51,808 nt of DNA from positions 1 through 51,808 of the forward strand of contig JAHFGT010000006.1 of NCBI GenBank assembly GCA_023247275.1, written 5' to 3'. The translations under genes were made by a program, and so were the position numbers. This DNA is from Candidatus Omnitrophota bacterium (GTDB lineage: Bacteria; Omnitrophota; Gorgyraeia; Aquiviventales; Aquiviventaceae). A model generated the notes under the pieces. The model saw only the letters and a program-made list of their open reading frames with translations, had not been told where the DNA came from and did no database searches. The number at the start of each line of letters is the position of its first letter. The stretch's first letter is position 1. Positions 1 to 12,001 of the stretch are shown here, piece after piece.

Positions 1-955
1 CGAACCCGACCCCCTGCAGATAAGGAAACTGCATCGACTCTTCGACAAAGGTCATCTGCCCAGCCAGTTTAGGGTTCATCTGCTTGATCGCTTCCATCAT
101 CACGTCGGAAAAGTTCGGCACTTTCTGGGCCGCGCTCATAACGGTGAGATCGAGCGCGCGCAGCTGATAATCCAGCATCACGGCGGTGGCTTCGCCCTCG
201 ATCACCGCTAATCGGGCCAGAATCGAATCGTCGGAATCGTCGTTGGAATCGTCGAGGTACCGGGTCAGATTGAAATGCTGGTCCTGCAACGCGTGGACCA
301 ACTCATGGGCGATCACCCCTTCTTGCAACACGGCTGGAATCCAATCAGCGAGATACAGCGTCTTGGTTTGCTGATTGTACATCCCGGCGATCTGTTGCGT
401 GTACAGCTCCAGCACGTACGTTTGGTACTCCATCTCGGCCGGGATCAGTCCAAACCGCTTCAGCGCCTTGCCTTCATTGACGATCTGCTCGGGCGTCGCC
501 TGGCGCGCCACCACTTCGTCCAACCGTTGACGGATAGTGGCCTTGTCCGCTATTTGTCGACGGATCGGCCCGGTGGGCTTGAGCCCGCGCAGGTCGGCGA
601 TGATCGGCAGCAGCGTATCGACGAGCTGTGCTAGCTCGTCGGCGGTGGGCGGCGCGGTGGAAGCGGAACCAGGAATCCCTGGCTCTAGCGCCGTCGCGGT
701 CGGCGAGGACGGACTGGCTTGCGATGATTCGTCGAGTTCGATGCGTTGCACCTCGGCCAGCTCGATGTTCACCGTGCCGGCACCGACGTCGAGGATCACG
801 TGCTGATCCGTCTGGCTGATCACCGTTCCGCTCATTCGTCGGCCATTCTTCAAGTACAGCGTATCGCCTCGCGCCGCCGGAGCGGTCATCGCCAGCCCGC
901 CGGTCAGCAGTCCAACAGCCAGGACGAACCGCCCGTGTGCCCTGCGAACGTTCAT
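1..955 (-). CDS. Secreted HExxH (zincin-like) metallopeptidase-domain protein, 3' end runs off the window
   Basis: Missing from the ORF track. ATG at 955 overlaps the upstream stop (ATGA). Manual translation: signal-peptide-like MNVRRAHGRFVLAVGLLTGGLAMTAPAARG, then DTLYLKNGRRMSG..., and in-frame IAHELVHALQDQHFNL...LAVIEGEATAVM. Confidence 0.75.
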   Translation of the reverse strand, partial: MNVRRAHGRFVLAVGLLTGGLAMTAPAARGDTLYLKNGRRMSGTVISQTDQHVILDVGAGTVNIELAEVQRIELDESSQASPSSPTATALEPGIPGSASTAPPTADELAQLVDTLLPIIADLRGLKPTGPIRRQIADKATIRQRLDEVVARQATPEQIVNEGKALKRFGLIPAEMEYQTYVLELYTQQIAGMYNQQTKTLYLADWIPAVLQEGVIAHELVHALQDQHFNLTRYLDDSNDDSDDSILARLAVIEGEATAVMLDYQLRALDLTVMSAAQKVPNFSDVMMEAIKQMNPKLAGQMTFVEESMQFPYLQGVGF

Positions 956-2646
956 ACGGCGCTCTCTAATCGTTCCAGCCGGGCCAAGCCGAGCCGGATC
1001 GACAGGACGCACACCAGCGCAGAGATCGCTGTCAGCCCCAGGCTAATGAATCCGAGCCGAGCCCACGCGCCGACGAGCCAGCTCAGCCAGGCCAACACCA
1101 GCGCAGCCACCACGCAGCCGACGTACGCTAAGACAAACACCAGCACGAGTGCGCCATTTGACGAGGACACCATCCGGACCGCATCCTGGCTGGTGGGATC
1201 CATCCACCACGCTCCGAGGCCCACTGTCAGCCCGACAATCGTCGCGGCGGCCATCACGCCAACGAGCGCCAACCACCACCGCAGCGTCAGTGGAACGCCC
1301 AGCTGCGCCATGGACAGCCCGAGCAGACATTCAATAATGACCACTGCCGCCATCCCATAGAAGGCCAGCTTGGAGACAAACAGTTGCCGAACGCCCCTGG
1401 GCACGATCCGAACCAGCCACAGATTCCGGCCCTCCAGACTCATCTGCGGGAACAGAAATCGGACCGCGAGCGATCCAAAGACGAGTAAGGTGCAGGCCAG
1501 ATTCAGCGCGGCGATCCCGATTCGCCACTGGGGGTCAACGCTCAGTTGCGCGATCCGATGGATGTTCGCAAAGTACGCTCCCAGCAGCCCGAAGAACATC
1601 ACGGCTTGACTCCATTGCATCGGATCTCGCCCTGCGAGCAACGCGTCTTTCGTCAGACAGGCGAGCAGCGGATGCCGCACCCACCACGGAGCATGCCCCT
1701 TGCCCCGGCGGGCCGGCGCAGCCTCACCGAGCGCCGGCTGAGCATGCTGCCGCAGCACCGGCCACAACAGTGCGGCGCTGAGATGGTCGAGCACCCGCCA
1801 AGCGACGAACAGGGTCGTCCACAAGAGGGCGGTATACACCGCGCATTCCACACGCCGACCCTCCAGCCACGCTAACATGGCGGTCGCTGCCCAACGACTG
1901 GGGAGCCATCCGGACATCGCAATCCGCATCCTGGGCAGGAGCGCTTGCAGGGCCACAAACCACACGTCTTGCTGGCCGGTGCTGCGTTGCTCACCGAGTA
2001 GCCAGAAGAATCCAATGCTCGCGACGACAAATCCGAGGGGAATCCACTCACCCCGCACCACGAATCGACTGCAACATCGCAGCCACACCAGCAGGCCGAT
2101 GGTGGAGATGGCGGTCATGATCCCGAGCAAGGGAACAAAGACCAACCCGCCGATCGCCGCGACCAGGTAGAGCGGCTGATTCAGCACGCGCACATAGGCC
2201 ATCGTCAGCGGCAGCAAGAGCAGCAGGACGGCCCACGCGCTGTAGACACTGCTCTCAACCCATTTGACACGGCACAGTGTGCGGGCCGAAACCGGCAGCA
2301 CCATCCACCAGCGCGTCTCAGGCGCACGAATGAAGGTGGAATACGCGCTCGCCACCTGGCTGATTCCTAACATGGCCAGGATCACGAACAACAACAGATA
2401 CCACAGCCGGCTGAGTAGAAACGGGCCAAACCCTGGACTGTTGTAGATGAACCGGACGCCGTGATCGCACAACGTCGACAAACCAGCCAGCAGCACAGTC
2501 CAGGTGATCGTCATGACGACCAGCTTGGCCGGCGCCTGCCACAACGCGCGAATCCCGGCGCGCCACATACGCCATCGCACCCAAAAAAACAGCGCCTCGC
2601 CAGCAGGCTGCCGATGGGCGCTGGTGACACGGTCACATCCTGTCAT
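952..2646 (-). CDS. Putative ABC exporter permease (multi-pass membrane protein)
   Basis: 564 aa with many hydrophobic segments in two halves; ATGA-coupled to the ABC ATPase gene. Confidence 0.8.
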   Translation of the reverse strand: MTGCDRVTSAHRQPAGEALFFWVRWRMWRAGIRALWQAPAKLVVMTITWTVLLAGLSTLCDHGVRFIYNSPGFGPFLLSRLWYLLLFVILAMLGISQVASAYSTFIRAPETRWWMVLPVSARTLCRVKWVESSVYSAWAVLLLLLPLTMAYVRVLNQPLYLVAAIGGLVFVPLLGIMTAISTIGLLVWLRCCSRFVVRGEWIPLGFVVASIGFFWLLGEQRSTGQQDVWFVALQALLPRMRIAMSGWLPSRWAATAMLAWLEGRRVECAVYTALLWTTLFVAWRVLDHLSAALLWPVLRQHAQPALGEAAPARRGKGHAPWWVRHPLLACLTKDALLAGRDPMQWSQAVMFFGLLGAYFANIHRIAQLSVDPQWRIGIAALNLACTLLVFGSLAVRFLFPQMSLEGRNLWLVRIVPRGVRQLFVSKLAFYGMAAVVIIECLLGLSMAQLGVPLTLRWWLALVGVMAAATIVGLTVGLGAWWMDPTSQDAVRMVSSSNGALVLVFVLAYVGCVVAALVLAWLSWLVGAWARLGFISLGLTAISALVCVLSIRLGLARLERLESAV

Positions 2647-3377
2647 GCCAGCTCGCGGTGTGGAGCGCCGGTCAGTTGGAAAAAGATGTCCTCCAGCCGT
2701 TGGCCGCCGTGCTGCTGCTTCAGCTCATCCCAGGTCCCGAGCGCGAGCAATCGCCCGCGCGACAGCACAGCGATGCGATGGGCCACGTCTTCAACAATGG
2801 GCAGTTGGTGCGTCGACAGCATGATCGTCATCCCATCAGCCGCCCGTTGGATGAGCAGCTGCTTCATCAGCCGCAAGGTCTGCGGATCCAGTCCGAAGAA
2901 CGGCTCATCAAGGATCATCGCCTTGGGCTCGTGGAGCAAACTGACCAACAGCAACAACCGGCTCTTCATCCCGTAGGACAGTTGTCCGATCTGCCGTCCG
3001 GCCACCTGTTCAAGATCAAACGTGCGCAGCAACTGCTCGGCACGCCGCTGGAGATTGGCCGGGTCCATCCGGTACATGCCGCCAATAAAGCTTAACAATT
3101 CACTGACGGTGAGCTGCTCGTACAGGAACGGCTGGTCTGGCACAAAGGCGAGCAACCGCTTGGCGTCCACCGGCTGATGATGCACATCAAACCCGCCAAT
3201 CAGCGCCTGGCCAGCCGTCGGCGTCAACGATCCAACCAGCAGCTTCAGGGCTGTGGTCTTGCCAGCCCCATTGGGGCCAACCAGGGCCAAAATTTCGCCG
3301 GGCCGTGATTCAAAACTCAGATCGTGCAGCGCGACAAACGATCCGTAGTGCTTCGTCAGCCCGATCGCCTGGATCAT
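2643..3377 (-). CDS. ABC transporter ATP-binding protein
   Basis: Walker A GPNGAGKT, signature LSYGM, Walker B ILDEP, H-loop STH. Confidence 0.95.
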   Translation of the reverse strand: MIQAIGLTKHYGSFVALHDLSFESRPGEILALVGPNGAGKTTALKLLVGSLTPTAGQALIGGFDVHHQPVDAKRLLAFVPDQPFLYEQLTVSELLSFIGGMYRMDPANLQRRAEQLLRTFDLEQVAGRQIGQLSYGMKSRLLLLVSLLHEPKAMILDEPFFGLDPQTLRLMKQLLIQRAADGMTIMLSTHQLPIVEDVAHRIAVLSRGRLLALGTWDELKQQHGGQRLEDIFFQLTGAPHRELA

Positions 3378-3398
3378 GCGGGTCCTTCCTCGTCTCCG

Positions 3399-4940
3399 TT
3401 ACTTCGATTCCTCGACGTCAAGCACCTCAATGCCCACCTGACCAACAAAATGGCCGAGGACGGTGAGCTGTTCATCCTCCGCCTCGGCAATGGCGAGATG
3501 CGTGGCATCCGCAACGGGTTGTCCAAGCGTGGGGTCGGTGGGGATCCAGTCGTGCACCCAGATTTCAGGCCAGGCATGATAGTAGAATCGGCCGCCCTGA
3601 TACACCAGGCCGGCCACCATGCGAGTCGGCACTCCAAGGCTGCGGGCCAGCGCGGTGAACAGCACCGTATGTTCATGGCAATCGCCAGAACGCACGCTCA
3701 GCACATCCACGGCCGAGGGCAGGCCGATGGAGAGCTGCTTATTGAGCGACGCATAGACCCATTGGTTCAACAAGAAGGCTTGGCCTAATGGATCGGTGGT
3801 GGTGCCGACGATCTGCGCGGCTTGGGCGCGGATTCGCGGATCGTCGGATTGCACCAGATAGCTCGGTTGCGTGTAGCGACGCGGTGGGCCCTCAGGGGCG
3901 GTTGTTAACGACGCGCCGATGGTCGGTCGCCGGAGCTCCACCACGCACCACGACCCGTCCGGCGCGGCGTGGTGAGCGTTGGCCAACGTCTCTGGTGGGA
4001 GCACGCGCTGCCACGGGCGCGCGATCGCAAACTGGTCGGCTGTGACCCCCTGAATCAGGAGCGTTACTCGTATCAGGCGCTCGGGCGCTGGAATCTCGCG
4101 ATTGACCGGGACAGCGGTCGCTGTTAGAAGATCCGGCGCGGTGGTGGACGCTGCGGCCATCTCGCGCATGACCTCGTGCCGCGTGTGGCGGCGCAGCTCC
4201 CATCCAAGCGGTGAACGTTCTTTCAGCACTTCGCCGGCTGGCGTGACCCAACTCGTGGCCTGCAGACCGGCCATATCCGTATCGACGACGAGCGCCTCGC
4301 TGCCATCCACCGATTCGCGCCCGCGCACATGGTAGAACATGGGGTCCAACGTCAGTGACAGCGGATTGAGCACCCAGGCGCGCCCAGACTGCCCATCTCG
4401 CAGACGATGGAACGCGGTCCACGAGGCCAAGCCGTTGACAAATGCTGTGCCGGATGGATCCGGAATTCGGCGGGTCGTCGTGCTTTCTGGGGTTGTCACT
4501 GTCATCCACAGGTCATCGCCATGACGCTCACCAACCCAACGCACTTGATTGGACCCGCCAGAGATCGCCGCGTACACCGCTTGCAACCGCCAATTGGCGT
4601 CGATGAATCCTTGCGCGAGGACGTCCATACGCTGTGGCACGCCCAGGAGCGTAAACGAGAGCCGGCCTTGGTCTCTGATCACGACCCCTGGCATGCCCTG
4701 CCGTTCACCCGGGCTGATGGACGTAGACGTGAACCCAATGCAGTAGTTGTGATAGTAGAGTCCGAACCACTGTTCTTTCGCTTCCAACGTCGCGTTGAGC
4801 ATCGCGATGGGATTCGCCTGCTGGCCCCAGAGTTGCCCATGCTCGTGCAACAGGACCAAGCCGATCGCCACAAGCCAGGCGCAGAACATGGCGGCGTCCA
4901 GGCTGATCATTCGCACGATGCGTGGCCATGACAAGGTCAT
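3399..4940 (-). CDS. Membrane-anchored transglutaminase-like domain protein
   Basis: GDCHEH...LARSLGVPTR...YHAWPE...WIPTDPT (Cys-His-Asp triad); N-terminal TM helix; start moved to ATG 4940, which overlaps the pfkB stop. Confidence 0.85.
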   Translation of the reverse strand: MTLSWPRIVRMISLDAAMFCAWLVAIGLVLLHEHGQLWGQQANPIAMLNATLEAKEQWFGLYYHNYCIGFTSTSISPGERQGMPGVVIRDQGRLSFTLLGVPQRMDVLAQGFIDANWRLQAVYAAISGGSNQVRWVGERHGDDLWMTVTTPESTTTRRIPDPSGTAFVNGLASWTAFHRLRDGQSGRAWVLNPLSLTLDPMFYHVRGRESVDGSEALVVDTDMAGLQATSWVTPAGEVLKERSPLGWELRRHTRHEVMREMAAASTTAPDLLTATAVPVNREIPAPERLIRVTLLIQGVTADQFAIARPWQRVLPPETLANAHHAAPDGSWCVVELRRPTIGASLTTAPEGPPRRYTQPSYLVQSDDPRIRAQAAQIVGTTTDPLGQAFLLNQWVYASLNKQLSIGLPSAVDVLSVRSGDCHEHTVLFTALARSLGVPTRMVAGLVYQGGRFYYHAWPEIWVHDWIPTDPTLGQPVADATHLAIAEAEDEQLTVLGHFVGQVGIEVLDVEESK

Positions 4941-5874
4941 GCGGTGATCGTCCGGATCCGCACCTGCTTCACCAAACGTACGACATCCGCCCGACGGCAC
5001 AGTTGGGTCCCCGGCGCCATCGCGGTCGCCGCGCCGCTGGCCAGCCCCCACCGAAACGCGTCAACCAGCGACCGGGTTCGTTGCCACCCGACGAGAAATC
5101 CAGCCACCAGCGAATCGCCTGCGCCGACCGCAGTCTCTGATTTCACCCTGGGTGGCCGGCCCATCCAAAGGCCAGACGGTGAGACGCTGCCGAGCATGGC
5201 CCCCTCGCGACCCATCGACAGGATGACCAGCCGCACACCTCGAGCCAACAACTCACGGACACCGCGAACGATCGCCGTCTGGTGAGCCAGCTTAGTCTGC
5301 AGCAGCTCCTCAGCCTCTGGCCGATTTGGCTTGATCAGCCATGGACGAGCGGCCACGCCGTGTCGGAGCGCTGCCCCAGAGGAGTCTAACACCGCTGGGA
5401 TGCCTCGGTGTTGCAGCCGGCGAATCCACCGGGCATACATCGACGACCTGACCCCTGGCGGGAGACTGCCTGAGAGCACCACGCAGGTCGGTCGAGGTTG
5501 TTGGCCCATCACCCGCTGCTCTACTTGATCAAGCGCTGTCGCGCTGACCCGTGGGCCAGGGGTGTTGATTTCGGTCAGCCCGTGGGGAGACACCGTCCGG
5601 ATCTTATAGTTGTTCCGGGTCGATCCCTCAACCGGGACAACAGCGCATCGGATTCCGAGCCGGCGAAGCAGGCCATGGAGAATGACGCCGTCGTGCCCGC
5701 CACTGGTTGCCACCGCCAGCGTCCGCTCACCCAGCTCCTTGATGACGCGCGAGACATTGATTCCTTTGCCGCCTGGATATCGCGCAAACCCGGTGGCCCG
5801 ATTTAAGGTGCCCATCGCCAAGGTGGGCAGCTGGATCCATTCGTCGAGGGATGGGTTGAGCGTCACGGTGACAA

Positions 5875-5878
<4 letters not shown>
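4937..5878 (-). CDS. 1-phosphofructokinase-family hexose kinase (PfkB family)
   Basis: VTLNPSLD, GGKGINVS, LSGSLP, IKPNRPE, VGAGDS motifs. Confidence 0.93.
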
Positions 5879-7407
<1,529 letters not shown>

Positions 7408-7432
7408 TCGAGGGCGAGAGCGGGACGACGGC

Positions 7433-9025
7433 TTACGCGGCGTAGACCCGGTAGTCAAGGAAAGGGAATAGGTTGTCTTTGGCTTCAACGTCGGCGAGCC
7501 AGGACGCTTGAATGCGGTCCTGGGTCACAGCATCGTAGAGCGCCTGAAATCGTGCCAGATGCGTCTCGAGTCGTCGATACGCGTACGCGGTATGCGTCTG
7601 CGTTTTCAAGATAAACGCCCAATCAGAGGATTGCGCCAACATCAGCTCGCGCGCCATCTGATTCAGCACCCGAGCGCGGATCCCGTCGGCCTGCGGATAC
7701 TGCTGCGCGAGCTGTACCATCCGTTCCACCATCTTATGCAGGTGGCGGTAGATCCAGTCGTTGGATCCATTCAACCACACCTCGTTATACCCCCCATACC
7801 CCCAGCTGGACTGGCAGGGTTCTACCGTTTGGTTGGTCGCATACCGTTGGAAATAGTCTGCCGGGGCGGCGAGTTGAAAAACGCTCTGCTCGGCATGGGC
7901 CTTGCGGATCACCAGCTCCAACCAGTCCGGCCCCTCAAACCACCAGTGACCGAACAACTCTGCATCATACGGGCTCACAATAATTGGCGCGCGATCGATG
8001 AGCGTTTGCAGGTGCTCGATTTGCTTGGTGCGATTGAACACGAAATTGCCAGCGTGCACCGCCGCACGTTCCAGCGCTTGATCCGGATCATACGGCTGCT
8101 TGTCATTGGTCTGCCCGGTAATTCGGTAGTACTTGATCCCCGTGTTCAGACGCGCCCCGTCACCGTTGAGATACGGGCGAACATAGTCATATTCCAGGTC
8201 GTGGCCAATGTCGCGATAGAACTCTCGGTACTCGCCATCCCCTGGATAGCCTTCCTCCGCGCTCCACACGCTCTTTGATGATTCGAGATCCCGCCCAAAC
8301 ACCGCCACCCCGTTGGGACACACAATCGGCGCGAACACCCCGTACTTTGGCCGCGGCGAACCGAACAAGACCCCATGGGAATCGGTGAGCGCGTATCGGA
8401 TCCCGGCTTCTTTCAGAAACTGCTCATGCCCCGGATGGTATCCGCACTCCGGCAGCCAAAACCCCGCCGGCCGTCGCCCGAAGGCATGTTCGAATGCTTG
8501 AACGCCGATCTGAATCTGGGCCCGGACGCCAGCTGGCGTATAGCTCATCAACGGCAGATACCCGTGCGTGGCGCCCGAGGCCAGCGGCTCCAGCACGCCC
8601 TGGTCAATGAACCCCCGGAAGGCCCCAATCAGATCACGGTGGTACTGTGCGGTGTAGCGTCGGTGCGCTTGCGTGAATCGATGATGATAGAACAGCGCCA
8701 ACCGATGGAACGGCGGCAGCCACCGCGTCCGTTGGATTTCTTTCTCTGACAACTCGAGGAGTTTCTCGAGATGTTGCTGATACCGCGTCTGGAGCAGGTC
8801 GTCCGCCAACATCGCTAACAGCGGCGGGGTAAACGACATCGTGATCCGAAACGGCACTCGGTCACTGCACAGCCGATCGAATCGCTCCAGTAAGGGCAGA
8901 TAGGTTTCCGTGATGGCTTCGAACAACCACCGCTCTTCGAGAAAATTGGGATACTCCGGGTGTCGGACAAACGGCAGGTGCGTGTGTAACACGAGCGAAA
9001 CCAATCCTTGCGGCTCAGCGCTCAT
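7433..9025 (-). CDS. GH57 1,4-alpha-glucan branching enzyme (DUF1957 type)
   Basis: LHTHLPFV, WLFEAITETYLP, WLPECGY, YDAELFGHWWFEG, AQSSDW; start at ATG 9025. Confidence 0.92.
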   Translation of the reverse strand: MSAEPQGLVSLVLHTHLPFVRHPEYPNFLEERWLFEAITETYLPLLERFDRLCSDRVPFRITMSFTPPLLAMLADDLLQTRYQQHLEKLLELSEKEIQRTRWLPPFHRLALFYHHRFTQAHRRYTAQYHRDLIGAFRGFIDQGVLEPLASGATHGYLPLMSYTPAGVRAQIQIGVQAFEHAFGRRPAGFWLPECGYHPGHEQFLKEAGIRYALTDSHGVLFGSPRPKYGVFAPIVCPNGVAVFGRDLESSKSVWSAEEGYPGDGEYREFYRDIGHDLEYDYVRPYLNGDGARLNTGIKYYRITGQTNDKQPYDPDQALERAAVHAGNFVFNRTKQIEHLQTLIDRAPIIVSPYDAELFGHWWFEGPDWLELVIRKAHAEQSVFQLAAPADYFQRYATNQTVEPCQSSWGYGGYNEVWLNGSNDWIYRHLHKMVERMVQLAQQYPQADGIRARVLNQMARELMLAQSSDWAFILKTQTHTAYAYRRLETHLARFQALYDAVTQDRIQASWLADVEAKDNLFPFLDYRVYAA

Positions 9026-10412
9026 GCGTCTGCCCTGTCCCGTGCTGGAGCGGTTGGATCTTCTGCGAGGAGGTGCCTGGTGTTGCGGCCTCTGACGCAT
9101 CGAGCGGGCCGGCCCACCCAAAGGTCATCACTGGGGTCATCCGTCGGATGTGGCGCCCGTCGGGTGAGATGGCTTCGATGCTGACCGATTGCGTGCCCTC
9201 GGGCATGGTGAATCGAAATGAGAATGTGCCGTCCTTTCGGACAGGGACGAGTTGCCCCTGAACTCGCACAACCGAGCGAGGTTCGGTCACGCCATGGATC
9301 ACCAGATCCGTACTCACTCGGCACCAAAATCCGCGCAGCCCAGCCTGTCGAGCCGGAGGCAACAAGGCTGCGGAAGGCCAGTTGTCAAACAGCTCTTGCG
9401 CCTGCCGGGCCCAGGCGGTCGGGCTGCCGCCAACGCCGATGCCCGCAGAAGAGCCAAACAGTTTCCAATAGGCCTGGTCGCCGAGTGTCCAGTTCGGATC
9501 AATCACATCCGACGGTCCGAACCGCGGCGTGGTCACCCGATTGGACCGCACGAGCATGACGTATCGGCCGCTGGTCGTCAGTAACCCCACCTCGACCATG
9601 AAGGAGCGATTGGGGGCGTTGCTATGCACGTACCAATTCGTGGCCAACCCTGACAACGGGATATCAAACGATCGGATCGCTGACTGCGAGGGATAGTCCA
9701 CGCCAGTCACATCGTAGACCCGCAGGATGGATTGCAGACCAATGACCTCTTGCGGACTGAGTTGGCTTCGGGCTGCGCGATCGGTGGCCGGTTGAATTTC
9801 CCAATACGCATAGAGCCACCAGGGATCCTTCACCATCAGCACGACCCGGTGATCGCCATAGCCGGACGGAATCGAGAACTGCGCCTCGACGACTGGCTTG
9901 ATCGTCGGTCCAGCCACCTCGCTCATCATCGCCGACGGTGCAGGCGCGGCCTCCTTCACACCCGGGAAGACCACGCGTCCGGTTGGGATCCGTCGACGAC
10001 GACGGCGGTCGTTGGCGGGCCGGACGCGCTTGCGTCGCTCTGACGATTCCAGCGGCGGCGCCAGGCTTTTCGTCGACTTTCGCGCCCTGATCGTGGGTCG
10101 CTTTTCCGGTTTCTTCACGACGGACGTTCGCGGCACGGGTTCCACCCGGCGAATAGATGGCGGCCGGGGAGCAGGCGCCGAGGCAGGTTGTTGCCGCGGA
10201 CGCGCCGACTCTGTGGCCGCCGGCTGAGCGGCCTTGCGGCGGGCCAGGTTCGCTTTGATGGCCGAGACGATGGAGGTCAACGGCGATCGCTTACTGGCCG
10301 AGCGCGGATTCTTCCCCGAGCGAGCGGCGGCTGATTCGGACCGCTTGCTGATCGGACCTGATTTCAGAATCTTCGACGCGGCAGGGGGGCGCGACGATGG
10401 TTTGCGAGCCAT
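9015..10412 (-). CDS. DUF4912 domain protein with a long basic low-complexity N-terminus
   Basis: YGDHRVVLMVKDPWWLYAYWEI...LRVYDVT...RSNRVTTP; GGAGG RBS before ATG 10412; usual neighbour of GH57 branching enzymes. Confidence 0.8.
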   Translation of the reverse strand: MARKPSSRPPAASKILKSGPISKRSESAAARSGKNPRSASKRSPLTSIVSAIKANLARRKAAQPAATESARPRQQPASAPAPRPPSIRRVEPVPRTSVVKKPEKRPTIRARKSTKSLAPPLESSERRKRVRPANDRRRRRRIPTGRVVFPGVKEAAPAPSAMMSEVAGPTIKPVVEAQFSIPSGYGDHRVVLMVKDPWWLYAYWEIQPATDRAARSQLSPQEVIGLQSILRVYDVTGVDYPSQSAIRSFDIPLSGLATNWYVHSNAPNRSFMVEVGLLTTSGRYVMLVRSNRVTTPRFGPSDVIDPNWTLGDQAYWKLFGSSAGIGVGGSPTAWARQAQELFDNWPSAALLPPARQAGLRGFWCRVSTDLVIHGVTEPRSVVRVQGQLVPVRKDGTFSFRFTMPEGTQSVSIEAISPDGRHIRRMTPVMTFGWAGPLDASEAATPGTSSQKIQPLQHGTGQTHER

Positions 10413-10464
10413 ACGGATCGCCTCCGATGATGAGGAATTCGTTCCACACCTATTATAGCGCAGT

Positions 10465-11706
10465 TCATGAATCAAATGAATTGCGCGGTGGCCGCCACCC
10501 ATGACGAACCAAGTCCCCCAGCGACCGACGAAACCCGGGATGAATCAGATAGCCCCCAGCCATCGCGACGTACCCGAACCCCAGCAGGATTCGAATCGAT
10601 GGCGTCGGAAAGACAAACTGCACCACAAACAGTCCGAGCAGGAGCACCGCTTCCCAAAACCCGAAACTCAAATTCGCCAGCACCACCATGCCGAGCAACG
10701 ATTGCGCCGCCGTCAGAAACATCTCTTCCACTTGCCGACTGTCCAACGGCATCGGCTGCACATGTCCGCCGGACACCGCATACACCAGCGGCAGCATCCC
10801 AATCAGCAGCGTCCATTGATTGACTTTTGACGAGATCAGCGTCCCCAGGCCAGCGGTCGGGTTGCTGCGCAGCGCAAAGATGATGGCGACGATAAATTCC
10901 GGCGCCTCGGACGCCAACGGAGCCACCCACTGAATCAGGATGAACTCTTCAATACCGAACCGACGCGCATTCTCCACCAACCCGTTGGCAAATGGTTCGG
11001 CCGAAATGAAAATCGCATACGCCGGCACCACAAACAACAGCACGGTGACCCACCGTCGCCAGGGGCGTGGCAGCACGGCCAGCCGCTCAGCCGGTCCGGC
11101 CAGCCCTGGCTCCTGCACATGTCCTTGGCTGGCTCGACGGATATAGAAGACGAACAGCCCGATGAAGCAGACCGTGTCAAACAGCGACAACGTGCCCTTG
11201 GCCGGAATGACAAACGCGTAGCAGGTGGCTACCAGCAACGTGAACAACTCTAGGCGTTGCTGCGGCTCGACCCGGATCGCCCGGGCGCGCGTTTTTCCCC
11301 AAGAGGCCAGCAGGACGGCAGACCATCCCATTCCAATGAGCAACCGGTTGGCGCCGGTCATATTCGCCGCGGCCAGACTGATGTAGGCGGGGTGTTTCGC
11401 GGCCTGCCATGCCAAATACATATCGACCGCGTACTCTGGCAGGACGGCGACGAGCGCGAGAAAGGCCAGCGCCAGGGCTTGAGAAATTTCGATCTGCGCC
11501 AGCTCAGCGGCCCAGGACAACAGGGCTGCCGCGCCGAAAATCGCCAGCCCGGGCAGCACCGTGTCCCAGACAGGACCGAGTCGGAGATGCAGCACACCGT
11601 GGACAACAATCCACTGTCCAACAAGGGTGATCGCGCTCAGCAACAGACCGTGGTCGCGGACCATGGTCTGCCGGCGCGCGTCCCGGACGGACCGGGAGGA
11701 GCCCAT
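10465..11706 (-). CDS. Sodium/calcium (CaCA family) antiporter
   Basis: About 10 TM segments; two alpha-repeats AVLPEYAV...ANMTGAN and ASEAPEF...SSKVNQ. Confidence 0.85.
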   Translation of the reverse strand: MGSSRSVRDARRQTMVRDHGLLLSAITLVGQWIVVHGVLHLRLGPVWDTVLPGLAIFGAAALLSWAAELAQIEISQALALAFLALVAVLPEYAVDMYLAWQAAKHPAYISLAAANMTGANRLLIGMGWSAVLLASWGKTRARAIRVEPQQRLELFTLLVATCYAFVIPAKGTLSLFDTVCFIGLFVFYIRRASQGHVQEPGLAGPAERLAVLPRPWRRWVTVLLFVVPAYAIFISAEPFANGLVENARRFGIEEFILIQWVAPLASEAPEFIVAIIFALRSNPTAGLGTLISSKVNQWTLLIGMLPLVYAVSGGHVQPMPLDSRQVEEMFLTAAQSLLGMVVLANLSFGFWEAVLLLGLFVVQFVFPTPSIRILLGFGYVAMAGGYLIHPGFRRSLGDLVRHGWRPPRNSFDS

Positions 11707-11729
11707 GCTCGCTGTCTCGACCTGGTTGG

Positions 11730-11969
11730 TTAGCTGACGACGTCCCCGACCACCGGTTCGACCTTCACGCCCTTTTTCTCCAGAAACGCGACCGCCTTCT
11801 TCAGGCTCTCGTCTGAGCCCTCAAGCTCCAGCGTGACTTCGCCAATTTGCTCGGTCACTTTGGCGCGACGGATGTTCGGGACAACGCCATGCTCCTTCGC
11901 CATCATGTAGATGACCGGTTCCTTGATGAGGTGCTGCGGAAAGATCAACGTGACCTGACGCTTCGCCAT
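11730..11969 (-). CDS. Stand-alone NIL-domain protein
   Basis: LIFPQHLIKEPVIY...PNIRRAKV...LELEG...GVKVE; GGAGG RBS. Confidence 0.85.
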   Translation of the reverse strand: MAKRQVTLIFPQHLIKEPVIYMMAKEHGVVPNIRRAKVTEQIGEVTLELEGSDESLKKAVAFLEKKGVKVEPVVGDVVS

Positions 11970-12001
11970 GAACAGGCCTCCTGGGTTATGATGGTCCGCA
12001 G

